Positions 1 to 10,309 are shown, numbered from the stretch's first letter. The stretch: DNA of 64,000 bases from Candidatus Bathyarchaeota archaeon (GCA_052246995.1 JBQPWD010000001.1:96001-160000), one strand, 5' to 3'. Translations and numbers: made by a program. The notes: generated by a model from the letters alone, not told the origin.

Positions 1-869
1 TATTGACTTCTGATTACACCATACCTTTTAAGCCCACCTTTGGGTGTAATCTCTGAACCATTTTTACCTATCTTGACTATTCTCTTATTAAATTCTGTTC
101 TTTGATGAAAGCCGAGCTGACCTGGTCTTGGAACACTCCACATAACGTCATGAGGACTCCAAGGTCCGATACATCCAACTCCTCTTTTCGTTTTACGTGA
201 CTTATGTTGAAGACGACGTACACCAAAACGCTTTATTGGCCCCTGAAAACCCTTACCCTTACTAACCGCAATAACATCTACATACTGTCCTTCACTAAAA
301 ACATCTGCAACTGTTACACGCTTACCCAGTATACTTTTAGCATATTCAAACTTCTCCTTAATATTCTCCCCTCCAATAGCAACCTCCAAAATATCAGGCT
401 TCTTTTTCGGCAATCCTGCTTCTCTTGGGATAGTTGCAACTAAAACCCTGATTTCAGCAATTTTATCGATGTTTTCCTCTATTTTTTTAAGTTTTTCTTC
501 ACTATCATGATTTTTAGGTGGTTTTAAAGCTCTATGAACATCTTCTGGAACTTCTTTACTCCAAACTTCTGTAAACGTTTTTAAACCGTCAAAGGTTTTT
601 TCATATGTTCTTAAGGCAATAACCCAGAGAGGTGGAGTTTCTACTATTGTTAAAGGACAGAAAACTTCCTTACCATAGTTAGGTGAAAACTTGTTATCTT
701 CAATAATAAAACCATAAGTCATTCCAGCCTTATACCCTGCAAAACATAAAAGCGTGCATTTTTTAGCTTCAGGCCAAGACCTAACCCTAGGCACAATACT
801 CCTGGTACGCTTCCTAGGGTAAAATGCTAAGCTTCCCCTTCTTGGCGCATGTGTTCTTCTATGTCCCAT
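1..869 (-). CDS. rpl3: 50S ribosomal protein L3 (3' end runs off the window; missing from the ORF track)
   Basis: ATG at 869 reads MGHRRTHAPRRGSLAFYPRKR, the archaeal/eukaryotic uL3 N-terminus; later GKGFQGPIKRFGV and GCIGPW motifs. Confidence 0.96.
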   Translation of the reverse strand, partial: MGHRRTHAPRRGSLAFYPRKRTRSIVPRVRSWPEAKKCTLLCFAGYKAGMTYGFIIEDNKFSPNYGKEVFCPLTIVETPPLWVIALRTYEKTFDGLKTFTEVWSKEVPEDVHRALKPPKNHDSEEKLKKIEENIDKIAEIRVLVATIPREAGLPKKKPDILEVAIGGENIKEKFEYAKSILGKRVTVADVFSEGQYVDVIAVSKGKGFQGPIKRFGVRRLQHKSRKTKRGVGCIGPWSPHDVMWSVPRPGQLGFHQRTEFNKRIVKIGKNGSEITPKGGLKRYGVIRSQ

Positions 870-921
870 ACCAGCCCACTGTTGATTTTGCTGCAAAACA
901 ACACATTAAAACTGTTAATAT

Positions 922-1209
922 TTAAGCTTTACCAAAATCCATTAAAAAGGTTGTTGGTGTAGACAAGCCTTTTAGACTTTCAACGTAAAAAAAGATGTAA
1001 AGTAGTTCTTTAAAAAAAGCTACAATTGCTAATAAAACGACTAAAACACCAATCCACGTGGCAATATCTGATACGATTAATGGCTTACCTTGAAATAAAA
1101 GCTTAACTAACGGTAAATAAAATTTTGCTAAAAGCCAGCTTGTAGCAAGGAACGTTACCCAAAAAAATGTTATAAGCAGAAAAAGCCTTAAAACTCTACC
1201 TTTAACCAT
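922..1209 (-). CDS. small hypothetical membrane protein (2 TM)
   Basis: Two hydrophobic helices; starts 1 nt after the upstream gene's stop. Confidence 0.6.
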   Translation of the reverse strand: MVKGRVLRLFLLITFFWVTFLATSWLLAKFYLPLVKLLFQGKPLIVSDIATWIGVLVVLLAIVAFFKELLYIFFYVESLKGLSTPTTFLMDFGKA

Positions 1210-1210
1210 C

Positions 1211-2209
1211 TTAACCTACCATAAAAATAGCTGTTAAAATTGTAAGAAAACCTGAAAAAACATGTAAAATTATGATAACTTTTACAATTTCAACCTCTTT
1301 TAATGGTGTTTCTGCAACAATTATCCTTGTTAATGTTACTGGTGCTTTTAAACTTAAACTTGAAGATAAAAGTTCACCCTTAATTAGAATAGTTGGTCTA
1401 TCTTTAATTTCCCTTCTCTCTTTGAAACCACCTAAGCTTGAGACTATAAGTAAACTATTTATAAGAGATGGTATAAAGATAATCAACGTTAAGATTTCTA
1501 ACTCTCCAATTATAGCTGTAAGCGCAAAGGCTACACCTAAGGTTAAGCTTCCAACATCACCAGCAAAAACTTTTGCCGGATGCTTGTTGTAGATGTAAAA
1601 GGCGTAACTTGTTAATGTTAGTGAAAGATATAAAGGTAAAACCTCAAACTTACCAAGAATCGTTGAAATTAAAGCCAGAAATCCTGCTGAAACCGTTGAA
1701 ACCCCAGCCATTGACCCGTTAACAACATCTATCATGTTTAACGTGTTTCCAAGAATGGTCACGAGGGCTGGGATAACTATCAATGGGTAGATTATGGTTA
1801 ACCTAATTTTACCAATAAAAGGTAAAGCTGGATATGGTTGGTATTCTCCAAGCAAAATAAATGGTATTGATGTTAAAGCTACAAGAAAAACTTTTTGTAA
1901 AGCATTCAACGGCTTAAACCAGTCAACAACCCCTAAGATAGCGGCTAAAATTAAAGTTAAAAGTAAAGATAAAAGCTTTAAAACGTCTGCAGAAAAAATT
2001 GTTAAAGTCACTAGTGAAGCAGTTAACCCTAAAAATATTGATAACCCGCACATTTCTGGAATCTTACTTTTAGATTCTTTGTGAACGTCAATCCCAACAA
2101 TTCCTCTTTTACGCATAAAATCAGCTATTTTTGGGGTAAAAAAGTAAACAGTAATAAAGCTTACAACTCCAGATGTAATTGCTTGGATGGCAACATTCTG
2201 GTTTACCAA
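1211..2209 (-). CDS. MraY/GPT family polyprenol-phosphate HexNAc-1-P transferase (AglH-like)
   Basis: G.D.HK..K.KIPEMCG, NTLNMIDVVNG and PAKVFAGDVG motifs; multiple TM helices. Confidence 0.88.
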   Translation of the reverse strand: MVNQNVAIQAITSGVVSFITVYFFTPKIADFMRKRGIVGIDVHKESKSKIPEMCGLSIFLGLTASLVTLTIFSADVLKLLSLLLTLILAAILGVVDWFKPLNALQKVFLVALTSIPFILLGEYQPYPALPFIGKIRLTIIYPLIVIPALVTILGNTLNMIDVVNGSMAGVSTVSAGFLALISTILGKFEVLPLYLSLTLTSYAFYIYNKHPAKVFAGDVGSLTLGVAFALTAIIGELEILTLIIFIPSLINSLLIVSSLGGFKERREIKDRPTILIKGELLSSSLSLKAPVTLTRIIVAETPLKEVEIVKVIIILHVFSGFLTILTAIFMVG

Positions 2210-2211
2210 TC

Positions 2212-2757
2212 TTAACCATCAAGCCTCTTGATTAATTCTTCAACATTGGTTTTTTTAACTAAAAAAAGGTCTAAAATCTTTAATGTTGCCTCATGATTTT
2301 CCTTTGATGGTGATGCAATACAATCTACTGGAAGAATAATTTCATATCCTAATTCCAAACCGTCCATGATTGTTTTTAGTACACATCCTTCAGTTCTTAT
2401 TCCTGAAATAATAAGAGTTTTTATCATTTTGTATCTTAGAAGGAAATCTAAGTTTGAAGCATAAAACGCGCTAAGCCTTGGCTTTTCAACTATAATATCC
2501 TCTTTTTCTGGTGAAAGCTCATCTATTATCCCCCATCCACTTGTTCCTTTTATTGTGTGTGGGGGGAGGTTAAACCTTGTAAACATAGGGTCATCTCTAA
2601 GTCTTGTATCGCAAACATAAATGACAGGGAAACCTTTTTCCCGAGCTTTTTCGGTCAAGATTTTAATTTTTGAAATTATGTGCAAACAGAATCTTCCAAC
2701 ATTATCTTTTTGCATATCTATAACTAAAACAGCGTTTCTACTCATGTTCATCAACAA
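2212..2757 (-). CDS. isochorismatase/cysteine hydrolase family protein
   Basis: VIDMQ, KPRLSAF and G.RTEGCV give the Asp-Lys-Cys triad. Confidence 0.9.
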   Translation of the reverse strand: MLMNMSRNAVLVIDMQKDNVGRFCLHIISKIKILTEKAREKGFPVIYVCDTRLRDDPMFTRFNLPPHTIKGTSGWGIIDELSPEKEDIIVEKPRLSAFYASNLDFLLRYKMIKTLIISGIRTEGCVLKTIMDGLELGYEIILPVDCIASPSKENHEATLKILDLFLVKKTNVEELIKRLDG

Positions 2758-2837
2758 GCTTAATAAGATTAATATTTAATTTAGTATGGTAGGTTTTTTA
2801 ATCCTTACCTCTTCCTGTAAAATATGTGGGGTAAAAA

Positions 2838-3941
2838 ATGGAGATATCCCTAGCTGGCTTAGATAGCTTAAGGAAGTATTTTCGCGAGGTTTATGGACCT
2901 AACACAGAGATACTTAGAATTTTGGAGATGACTTCTGGCAGGGAGAAACGTGGTGAGGAGATTAAGGGCTTTGGCTATGGTGTCCCATACTTGATTGAGG
3001 TTTCAGTTGATGGTGAGGTTAAGAAGGTTGTCCTTGAAACTATTAGGCCGAGCGGGTTTGGACATGAGCATTTCTCAGATAGGGCGCAGATACTTCTCTG
3101 GCAACACTCAGCCTTCAACAACCTTCCAAGACATGTTAAGTCAATCGATGTTGGAGCATTTACAACCAGCGGAAACCTCAAGTCTCTTGGAAACTGTAAA
3201 GAATTCTTTGTAGTAACGGAGTTTGTCGAGGGAAAACTATACTACTTAGACCTAGAAGCCATAAAAACACGTGGTGAACTGTTACGCCTTGATGTTGAAC
3301 GATGCATAACGCTATCCAACTATCTTGTTGAGGTTCACTCAGTTAAGGGTTTAGGCTTAGAATCGCTTTACGTCAGACGTGTTAGGGATCTTGTTGGACA
3401 TGGAGAGTGTATAATGGGTTTGATAGACAGCTATCCATCCGGGCTTAACTATGTAGACGAGAAAACTTTAATGGAGATTGAACGTAGGTGTGTTGAGTGG
3501 CGTTGGAAACTTAAGAAGAAAGCCTATAGGTGTGCTAGGGTTCACGGAGACTTCCACCCTTTTAACGTGTTATTTAGGGAAGGAACTGACTTTACAGTTC
3601 TCGACCGTAGCAGAGGTGAATGGGGTGAACCTGCCGACGATGTTGCAGCAATGAGCATAAACTACATATTTTATAGTTTGCTAACTTATGGTGAGCTGAG
3701 CGGTCCTTTTAAAGAGTTGTACGAATCCTTCATATGGAGTTATGTTGAACGTACAGGTGATAAAGAGCTGTTCAGCGTAATCCAACCATTCTACGCTTGG
3801 CGTGGCTTAGTTCTAGCTAGTCCAATATGGTATCCAAGTATTTCAAACGAGATAAGACACAAGCTTTTCCGCTTTATAGTTAACGTTCTGAACCAAGAGT
3901 TTTTCAAGCCCGATAAAATTAACGAGTACTGTTCTTGTTAA
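2838..3941 (+). CDS. aminoglycoside phosphotransferase (APH)/kinase-like protein
   Basis: Brenner motif HGDFHPFNVL, then VLD and GEPADD. Confidence 0.85.
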   Translation: MEISLAGLDSLRKYFREVYGPNTEILRILEMTSGREKRGEEIKGFGYGVPYLIEVSVDGEVKKVVLETIRPSGFGHEHFSDRAQILLWQHSAFNNLPRHVKSIDVGAFTTSGNLKSLGNCKEFFVVTEFVEGKLYYLDLEAIKTRGELLRLDVERCITLSNYLVEVHSVKGLGLESLYVRRVRDLVGHGECIMGLIDSYPSGLNYVDEKTLMEIERRCVEWRWKLKKKAYRCARVHGDFHPFNVLFREGTDFTVLDRSRGEWGEPADDVAAMSINYIFYSLLTYGELSGPFKELYESFIWSYVERTGDKELFSVIQPFYAWRGLVLASPIWYPSISNEIRHKLFRFIVNVLNQEFFKPDKINEYCSC

Positions 3942-4363
3942 GAAACCAGAGAAACCCTGACAAGCTCGGTTAAAAATTCATTTACAGACAACACGTCTAA
4001 CTCAATTCTAATCTTTCCTTTACATGTAAGAAAAGATGAAATTTTTGGAAAATCTTACTCAACTCTTTTTTCATAAATGTTTCAGTTAAAGCAAAACTAT
4101 ATCTACTTTTTACAAACAAAAAATACCCGTCTAGAAAAACTACAAAGTAGGAAGGTTGGATGGTATCAGTATAATAAAAATATCCCTAGAATAATGAAAT
4201 AAAATCCCTGCTAAACCTTTTTTAACGATATTTATTCTAAGCTTTCCACCATTTTCATGAACAAAACTATCGGCTTTGTTGTTTGAAAGAGTATGTAGTG
4301 TTTTCTTCCTCTAAAGGTAAAAAGTTAAGAAACGCGGTTTACCCTAGTCAAAACTTTTTTAGG

Positions 4364-4933
4364 TTAAACTGTTTCATTAAACCTAACCTTAAGAAATTTT
4401 TTCTCTAAAACAGAGTAGATTTTTTCAACACATTTTTTTAGTGTTAACTTGTCAGTTTCAACTATAACTTCCGGGTTTAATGGTTCCTCGTAGGGTGAAC
4501 CTAAACCTGGAACTGTTTTACTTTCTCCTTTAAAAGCTTTATCGTAGATTTTTGGTGGTGCACCAAATCTTCCTTCCCTCTTTCTTTCTCTTTCAATACA
4601 AACATGAAGAGGACATTTAACATAAACTTCCATAAATTTTTCAACTTCTTTCCTAGCCTTTTCCCTGTATTTTCTTTTATTTCCTGTGGCGTCTATCAAA
4701 ACGTTAACCTCATTATTAGTTAAAATTTTCACAACAAAAACAAGAACATCATAAACCAGGTCTCTCTCTTCCTCACTATAAGTAGGATTTGGAGTTAAAA
4801 CTCTTCTAAGCATATCTAAAGATAAAACTTGAACATTTACCCCTTTTTTCATAAGTTTCTTAGCTAAAAGATTTGTTAAAGTTGACTTTCCAGAGCCTGG
4901 TAAACCTGTAAGCCATACCGCCCACCCGTTCAT
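4364..4933 (-). CDS. adenylyl-sulfate kinase-like P-loop kinase
   Basis: WLTGLPGSGKST, F.EVYVKCPL..C..R and PYEEP.NPE; acceptor-site motifs diverged from CysC. Confidence 0.8.
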   Translation of the reverse strand: MNGWAVWLTGLPGSGKSTLTNLLAKKLMKKGVNVQVLSLDMLRRVLTPNPTYSEEERDLVYDVLVFVVKILTNNEVNVLIDATGNKRKYREKARKEVEKFMEVYVKCPLHVCIERERKREGRFGAPPKIYDKAFKGESKTVPGLGSPYEEPLNPEVIVETDKLTLKKCVEKIYSVLEKKFLKVRFNETV

Positions 4934-5011
4934 AATATTCCACCAACCAAAGAGATTATTATTTATTTAGTTACATTTTCATTTATATCTAAACGTTAAA
5001 GGTGTTAAAAT

Positions 5012-6178
5012 TTGGACTTTGAACTTACCTCTGAACAAAAAATGATCATAGATGTTGCCGCAGAAATAGCAAAAAAATTTGGTCCTGAATATTGGAGAGA
5101 AAAGGACAGGAAACACGAGTTTGGTGAAGAATTCTGGAGGACTCTTGTTGATGCGGGTATTGTTGGATTGATGTTTCCAGAGGAGTACGGTGGTGGTAAT
5201 TTGGGTATGTTGGAAATGGCTTTAGCAATGGAAACATTGGCTGCTGAAGGTTGTGGACTTGCTGGGCCCTGGTATCTTGTTCTTACATCCATCTTTGGTG
5301 GGGTTACCCTGCTTAAACATGGAAGTAAGGAGCAAAAAGAAAAATATCTTCCAATGATGGCTAAGGGTGGCGAATTTTGTATGGCTTTAACAGAACCTGA
5401 TGCGGGTACTAACACGTTTAATATTAAAACTTTTGCCAGACAAGAAGGAGACAAGTATATTATCAATGGACAGAAAATTTTTATTTCGGGAGCTGACCGT
5501 GCTAAAGGTATGCTTATTGTAGCTAGAACAACCCCCCCTGAGAAAGCTCCTAAAAGAAGTCTGGGAATAACTCTTTTTGTTGTAGACTTACCAAATCCGG
5601 CGGTTGAGGTTATTCCTATAGAAAAGCATGGAATACATTACTCGAACAGCTGTGAAGTGTACGTTAATGAGCTTGAAGTTTCCAAAGAAAACATAGTTGG
5701 GGAGAAGGATAGAGGTTGGTACAATTTACTGGATACGTTAAATACTGAACGTATAACCTTTTCAGTTGCTTGCGTAGGTATTGGATTATTAGCGTTAAAA
5801 AAAGCCGCTGAATACGCAAAAGTCAGAAATGTTTTTGGAGTTCCTATAGGTGCTCACCAGGGAGTGCAGTTCCCGCTAGCCGCATCAAGGTCAAAACTTG
5901 AGGCTGCTAGACTTTTAACCTACAAGGCCGCTAAACTTTTTGATGAAAATAAGCCCTGTGGTGCTGAAACAAATATGGCTAAGGTTGTTGCTGTTGAAGC
6001 AGGCATTGAAGCCGTATACCACTCTATGCAAACATTTGGAGGTTATGGTTATGCTGTGGAATATGATGTTGAACGTTGGTGGAGGGAGATAAACTTAGTC
6101 CGGCTTGCACCCATAACCCATCAAATGGCTTTAGCTTTTGTAGGTGAACATGTTTTAGGTTTACCAAAATCCTACTAA
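5012..6178 (+). CDS. acyl-CoA dehydrogenase
   Basis: ALTEPDAGT, INGQKIFISGA, R..FG.PIG.HQGVQ and Q.FGGYGY..EY.VER motifs. Confidence 0.95.
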   Translation: MDFELTSEQKMIIDVAAEIAKKFGPEYWREKDRKHEFGEEFWRTLVDAGIVGLMFPEEYGGGNLGMLEMALAMETLAAEGCGLAGPWYLVLTSIFGGVTLLKHGSKEQKEKYLPMMAKGGEFCMALTEPDAGTNTFNIKTFARQEGDKYIINGQKIFISGADRAKGMLIVARTTPPEKAPKRSLGITLFVVDLPNPAVEVIPIEKHGIHYSNSCEVYVNELEVSKENIVGEKDRGWYNLLDTLNTERITFSVACVGIGLLALKKAAEYAKVRNVFGVPIGAHQGVQFPLAASRSKLEAARLLTYKAAKLFDENKPCGAETNMAKVVAVEAGIEAVYHSMQTFGGYGYAVEYDVERWWREINLVRLAPITHQMALAFVGEHVLGLPKSY

Positions 6179-6191
6179 AATGGCATGGCTT

Positions 6192-7139
6192 CTAAAAAAG
6201 CTTGGCTATGGATGCCAACTCGTACCCTGTTAAAGTTTTTGCTAGGTTAACAATCTCTAGGTAGGCTGCGTACATGTTAAAATATGGTGGCCCCTTCCTG
6301 GAAAAAACTGTTAAAACTTTACCGTTATGATTTAACTTTACACCTAAACATGGTTCATGGCCACGTATAACAACTTTTGCATTAACTTTCTCCAAAAACC
6401 TCTTTGTTACATCCTCTCCAAAAATGAACCCTGCACCTCTGGGTGAAGGATGAACACCAGCTATATCATCATCTGGATCGTTCCACAAGATTTCTTCTAA
6501 AAAGTTTTTTGACGGATGCATCTGGCTTGCATATACAACATCTTCTAATTTATTAGCTTTGCTTGGAACTCCACCATGGAGAAAAATGTATTTACCGTCT
6601 ATTATGCCCGCATAAGGCATTTTATCAAAAATGCTTAAAATTAGACTATAGGCTTCTTCCCATTTTTCTCCAAACCTTCTTCTAAACTGATAAGGTAAAT
6701 CATGAGGATAAGCTAGTAAGTCTGGTGGTCCTTCATGGTTTCCTCTTAAGAGGATGATGTTATCATGTAGATTAATTTTTAACCATAGAATGGTATAATA
6801 AACTTCAGCAGAATACTCTCCTCTGTCTCCATAATCTCCAAGAAAAACTATAACAACGTCTTCACCATTTTTAACTTTGTTTATAAATCGTGAGTCTTTT
6901 AAAATGTAAGCTAAGCTTTCGATATCTGCATGAATGTCCCCAACAACGATAACTTTTCTAACATTATCGGTTAACTTTATAAGCCCGCCTTCAACACTAA
7001 AATTTTTGAAAACCCTTCCTTTTTCCTCTTTAAACACCCAGCATGCTTTTTCCAGTAACTTTATAAATTCTGATGCGTTCACTTTAAACGCTTGACTAAT
7101 GAGGTTTTCAACGTTCTCCAAGCGGGGGACCTCTAACAT
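6192..7139 (-). CDS. PPP-family Ser/Thr protein phosphatase
   Basis: GDIH, GDYGDRG, LRGNHE, HGG, ILWNDP, SPRG.G..FG and IRGHE motifs. Confidence 0.92.
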   Translation of the reverse strand: MLEVPRLENVENLISQAFKVNASEFIKLLEKACWVFKEEKGRVFKNFSVEGGLIKLTDNVRKVIVVGDIHADIESLAYILKDSRFINKVKNGEDVVIVFLGDYGDRGEYSAEVYYTILWLKINLHDNIILLRGNHEGPPDLLAYPHDLPYQFRRRFGEKWEEAYSLILSIFDKMPYAGIIDGKYIFLHGGVPSKANKLEDVVYASQMHPSKNFLEEILWNDPDDDIAGVHPSPRGAGFIFGEDVTKRFLEKVNAKVVIRGHEPCLGVKLNHNGKVLTVFSRKGPPYFNMYAAYLEIVNLAKTLTGYELASIAKLF

Positions 7140-7211
7140 CTAACATAGTTAACTTTATTTAATAATTTAGCCTAAATCATATTTTAACATAAAACATGAA
7201 GGTGCAAAATT

Positions 7212-7526
7212 TTGAGTCTGGAGTTGCTTTCCCCTCTTATAGTACAGCTGGGATTCGGCGGAGTTGCAGGCTTCATTGTTGGCTATGCACTTAAAAAACT
7301 CCTAAAAATTCTCTTAGTGTTTTTAGGATTAGGTTTTATGGCTTTACTTTACCTTTCGTACATGGAAATCATTACAATTAATCACAGTAAAATTTCAAGC
7401 TCTTTTCAAGATTTTTTTAAAAAAATTGCAGGTGGAGACTTGACATTGCCAACAATGTTAGCTGCGAATGTACCGTTTATTGGAAGTTTTATTGTTGGCT
7501 TAGGGTTAGGTTTTAAATTTGGGTAA
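7212..7526 (+). CDS. FUN14 family membrane protein
   Basis: QLGFGGVAGFIVGYALKK and C-terminal F..GL.LGF pattern. Confidence 0.85.
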   Translation: MSLELLSPLIVQLGFGGVAGFIVGYALKKLLKILLVFLGLGFMALLYLSYMEIITINHSKISSSFQDFFKKIAGGDLTLPTMLAANVPFIGSFIVGLGLGFKFG

Positions 7527-7569
7527 GCTAAACCTACTTTGATTGTAGATAAAATCTAAGGTTTCTGGG

Positions 7570-8271
7570 TTGGGAGTAAACACATCGTCTAAGCCTAAAA
7601 AAATACCCTCAGGTTGTTTATGTCTTGATAGATTACTTCAAGGGGGTTTACCTGAAGGTCAAATTTCAACTTTTTATGGTGAAGCTTCATCTGGAAAAAC
7701 GACAATAGCTCTTCAATGTTCTATTATTTGTGCAAGAAGCGGATTTTATGTCTTATACGTGGATTCAGACCTTTCGTTTTCGGTTGAAAGGGTATTTCAG
7801 ATGGCTCCAGACTTTGAGGAGGTTGCTTCGTATATAAAAATCTTTACACCAAAAAACTTTTTTGAACAAACAGTTCTTATAGAAAATTTTGAAACACATA
7901 TAAACTCTACAACAGGCTTAATAGTTTTTGACACTATAAATGGTCTTTACAGAATTGCTTTGGAATCTTCTGAAAAAAATTTTCTTTTAAACAAGGAATT
8001 AAACAGACAAATAGCTTACCTCTTCTATTATGCGCAAAAACATAGTCTACCAGTGTTGTTAACAAGCCAAGTTCATGGAGTTATAGGCGAGAAAGGTGAA
8101 CTCGTTAAACCTGTTGCAACAAGAATTCTAGAGTTTTGGTCTCAAAATATTGTAAGATTAAGTTTAACAGGTAAACCCGGCTTAAGAAGAGCTTACTTAG
8201 AAAAAATTGGCGGAAGATTTGTTTCAAACGTTTTTTGCCAATATAGCTTAACAAGTAGCGGTGTTGAATAA
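7570..8271 (+). CDS. radB: RadB-like RecA-family ATPase
   Basis: SG...LD.LL.GG, Walker A GEASSGKT, LIVFD and LLTSQV; lacks the RadA N-terminal domain. Confidence 0.8.
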   Translation: MGVNTSSKPKKIPSGCLCLDRLLQGGLPEGQISTFYGEASSGKTTIALQCSIICARSGFYVLYVDSDLSFSVERVFQMAPDFEEVASYIKIFTPKNFFEQTVLIENFETHINSTTGLIVFDTINGLYRIALESSEKNFLLNKELNRQIAYLFYYAQKHSLPVLLTSQVHGVIGEKGELVKPVATRILEFWSQNIVRLSLTGKPGLRRAYLEKIGGRFVSNVFCQYSLTSSGVE

Positions 8272-8277
8272 ACTTTC

Positions 8278-9159
8278 CTATTTACTGTAGTATATAACTA
8301 GTATACTGAAGAAAACTGTTAATGCTCCTATAAGTTGTAGGAGTTCAAGTCTTTCACCAAGTACAATGTATGCTAACGTGAGAGCTGAAATTACCTCTGA
8401 GGTTGTATAAACCCCCGCTTTACTTGCTTCAACATTTTTAAGCCCAAAAATAAAGAATGTAAATGCTAAAACTGTTGGTATAATTGCTAAGAGTAATGTT
8501 AAAAACCAGAATTCCGCGTCTAGTATAATAGGAGTTTTTCCGGTTAAAATGTTAATTATTAAAAGAATCATACCTCCAAAACCTAATGTATAAAGTGTAA
8601 TGTTTTCCTCGCTGGTACTGTTAAGCATAAACCTACTAAGGATGGTGTAAAACGTAAAGGAAAAGCTTGAAACAAGGCCCATTAAGATGCCTGCAAAATT
8701 TAATTGAGTAGTAGACAAATCGTAACCTCTAACCGTTAAAAAACATCCGATAAACACTAAAACTGCTGCTAAGACCTTTAATTGTATAATTTTCTCACCT
8801 AAAAATTTTTTGGAGAATATTAAAACAAAAACAGGGTAAGTATAAAGTAAAATAACAGCAATTGACGCTGAAACAAGTTTAACGGCGTAGAAGTATGCAG
8901 TAGTTCCAAGCGCAACACCAACTGTTCCACCTAAAGCTAGGAGTATTAACTGATGTTTTTTAACCTTTAACAAGCTAAATTTGAAAATTAAAAAAATTAG
9001 AAATAAAAGTATAAACCCTAGCAAAATTCTATACATTGCAACAACTTCTGGTGGAAACCCAATACTCATAACAAGTTTACTTAAAACTCCAGCAGATCCC
9101 CAGCAAATGCCCGCCATGAAAACCAGAATAAACCCTAACTTTTTTCTAGGCAACATCAT
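8278..9159 (-). CDS. EamA/DMT family transporter
   Basis: About 10 TM helices in two EamA repeats; LLYTYP and LGE motifs. Confidence 0.9.
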   Translation of the reverse strand: MMLPRKKLGFILVFMAGICWGSAGVLSKLVMSIGFPPEVVAMYRILLGFILLFLIFLIFKFSLLKVKKHQLILLALGGTVGVALGTTAYFYAVKLVSASIAVILLYTYPVFVLIFSKKFLGEKIIQLKVLAAVLVFIGCFLTVRGYDLSTTQLNFAGILMGLVSSFSFTFYTILSRFMLNSTSEENITLYTLGFGGMILLIINILTGKTPIILDAEFWFLTLLLAIIPTVLAFTFFIFGLKNVEASKAGVYTTSEVISALTLAYIVLGERLELLQLIGALTVFFSILVIYYSK

Positions 9160-9269
9160 TTTATTCTAATTGTTTCTTCCTCACTTTAGAATTTTGCTGC
9201 TATTTAAGACTACGTAAACAACAAAAAATTGAATTCTTGGTCTACTACGGTATAGTAGAAGGTCTTCAG

Positions 9270-9767
9270 TTAGTATTCTTCCTTATCCCACTCTTCTTCA
9301 CTAGTTGCTTCTGTAGTTTCCTCGGTTTCTTTTAGTAATGCTGATTTTTCTATTGAAGCTCTTTCCATAACATTTTCTGCAACGTAGATGTCAGCTCCCG
9401 CTCTTACCGTAAGCGCTATAATATCACTTGGTCTACCTTCAACTTCAACTTCTCCTTTGCTGGATTCAACAATAAGTTTTGCCAAAAATCTATTTGATTG
9501 AAGGTCGTAAACTTCTCCTTTTTTAACTTTAATGTTTAATCCGTCAAGTACTTTCATCATAAAGTCATGGGTATTTGGTACTGGTAATTGGATACCTCTG
9601 ATAGCAGCAGCTATTGATGAAGCTTCTATATCGCCTACAATTATAATTAAAATTCTTTCTCTACTATCCTCAAGAAGAAGGGCTGATGCTGGGCCATAAG
9701 GAGTATTGACTTGAGCAATCCCTGAAATTTGAACCTTAACAAATTCTTCCATAACGCTTAGTCCCAC
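9270..9767 (-). CDS. bifunctional nuclease family protein (DUF151)
   Basis: I.VG..EA.SI, P.THD and RPSD.IAL motifs; acidic tail. Confidence 0.88.
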   Translation of the reverse strand: MGLSVMEEFVKVQISGIAQVNTPYGPASALLLEDSRERILIIIVGDIEASSIAAAIRGIQLPVPNTHDFMMKVLDGLNIKVKKGEVYDLQSNRFLAKLIVESSKGEVEVEGRPSDIIALTVRAGADIYVAENVMERASIEKSALLKETEETTEATSEEEWDKEEY

Positions 9768-9859
9768 TTTGTAGTTACTATATTCTCATCTTGCTAGGTT
9801 ATATATGTTTGGGTTTTAGGTTAAAGTTTAAAGTCTTTAAAGTTTAGAAATAGCTTGTT

Positions 9860-10309
9860 GTGAGGCATATGTCTATGGTTGATATATCTAAAAAACCTCA
9901 AATTTACAGGGAGGCTACAGCTAAAGGTTTTATTAGACTTAAGCCAGAAACTGTTAGAGTTATTGTTGAAGGAAAAGCTGAAAAAGGAAATCCTCTTGAA
10001 ATAGCAAAAATAGCCGGAATAATGGCTGCTAAAAACACAAGCAATCTTATACCGTTATGTCACCCTATCCACCCAACTCATATCAAAATTGACACAAAAA
10101 TTGTAGGTGAGAACATGGTTGAGGTTAGGGCAAACGTTAAAACTGAAGCTAAAACAGGTGTTGAAATGGAGGCTTTAACAGCAGCAACCATAGCCCTTTT
10201 AACACTTTTTGACATGCTTAAACAATACGAGAAAGATGAAGATGGACAATATCCTTCAACAGAAATTTTGTCTATTAAGGTTAAATCAAAAATAAAGCAG
10301 AAAGATTAA
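9860..10309 (+). CDS. moaC: cyclic pyranopterin monophosphate synthase MoaC
   Basis: MVDIS.K, LIPLCHP and TGVEMEAL. Confidence 0.96.
   Translation: MRHMSMVDISKKPQIYREATAKGFIRLKPETVRVIVEGKAEKGNPLEIAKIAGIMAAKNTSNLIPLCHPIHPTHIKIDTKIVGENMVEVRANVKTEAKTGVEMEALTAATIALLTLFDMLKQYEKDEDGQYPSTEILSIKVKSKIKQKD

Noticed and set aside
204-443. 79-aa plus-strand ORF
   Set aside because: Antisense shadow of rpl3
3942-4363. 422-nt spacer with startless open stretches on the minus strand
   Set aside because: No recognisable motif, start or RNA structure; may be decayed coding DNA but unsupported
9241-9259. TCTACTA-N5-TAGTAGA inverted repeat
   Set aside because: Single short AT-rich palindrome; not distinguishable from chance
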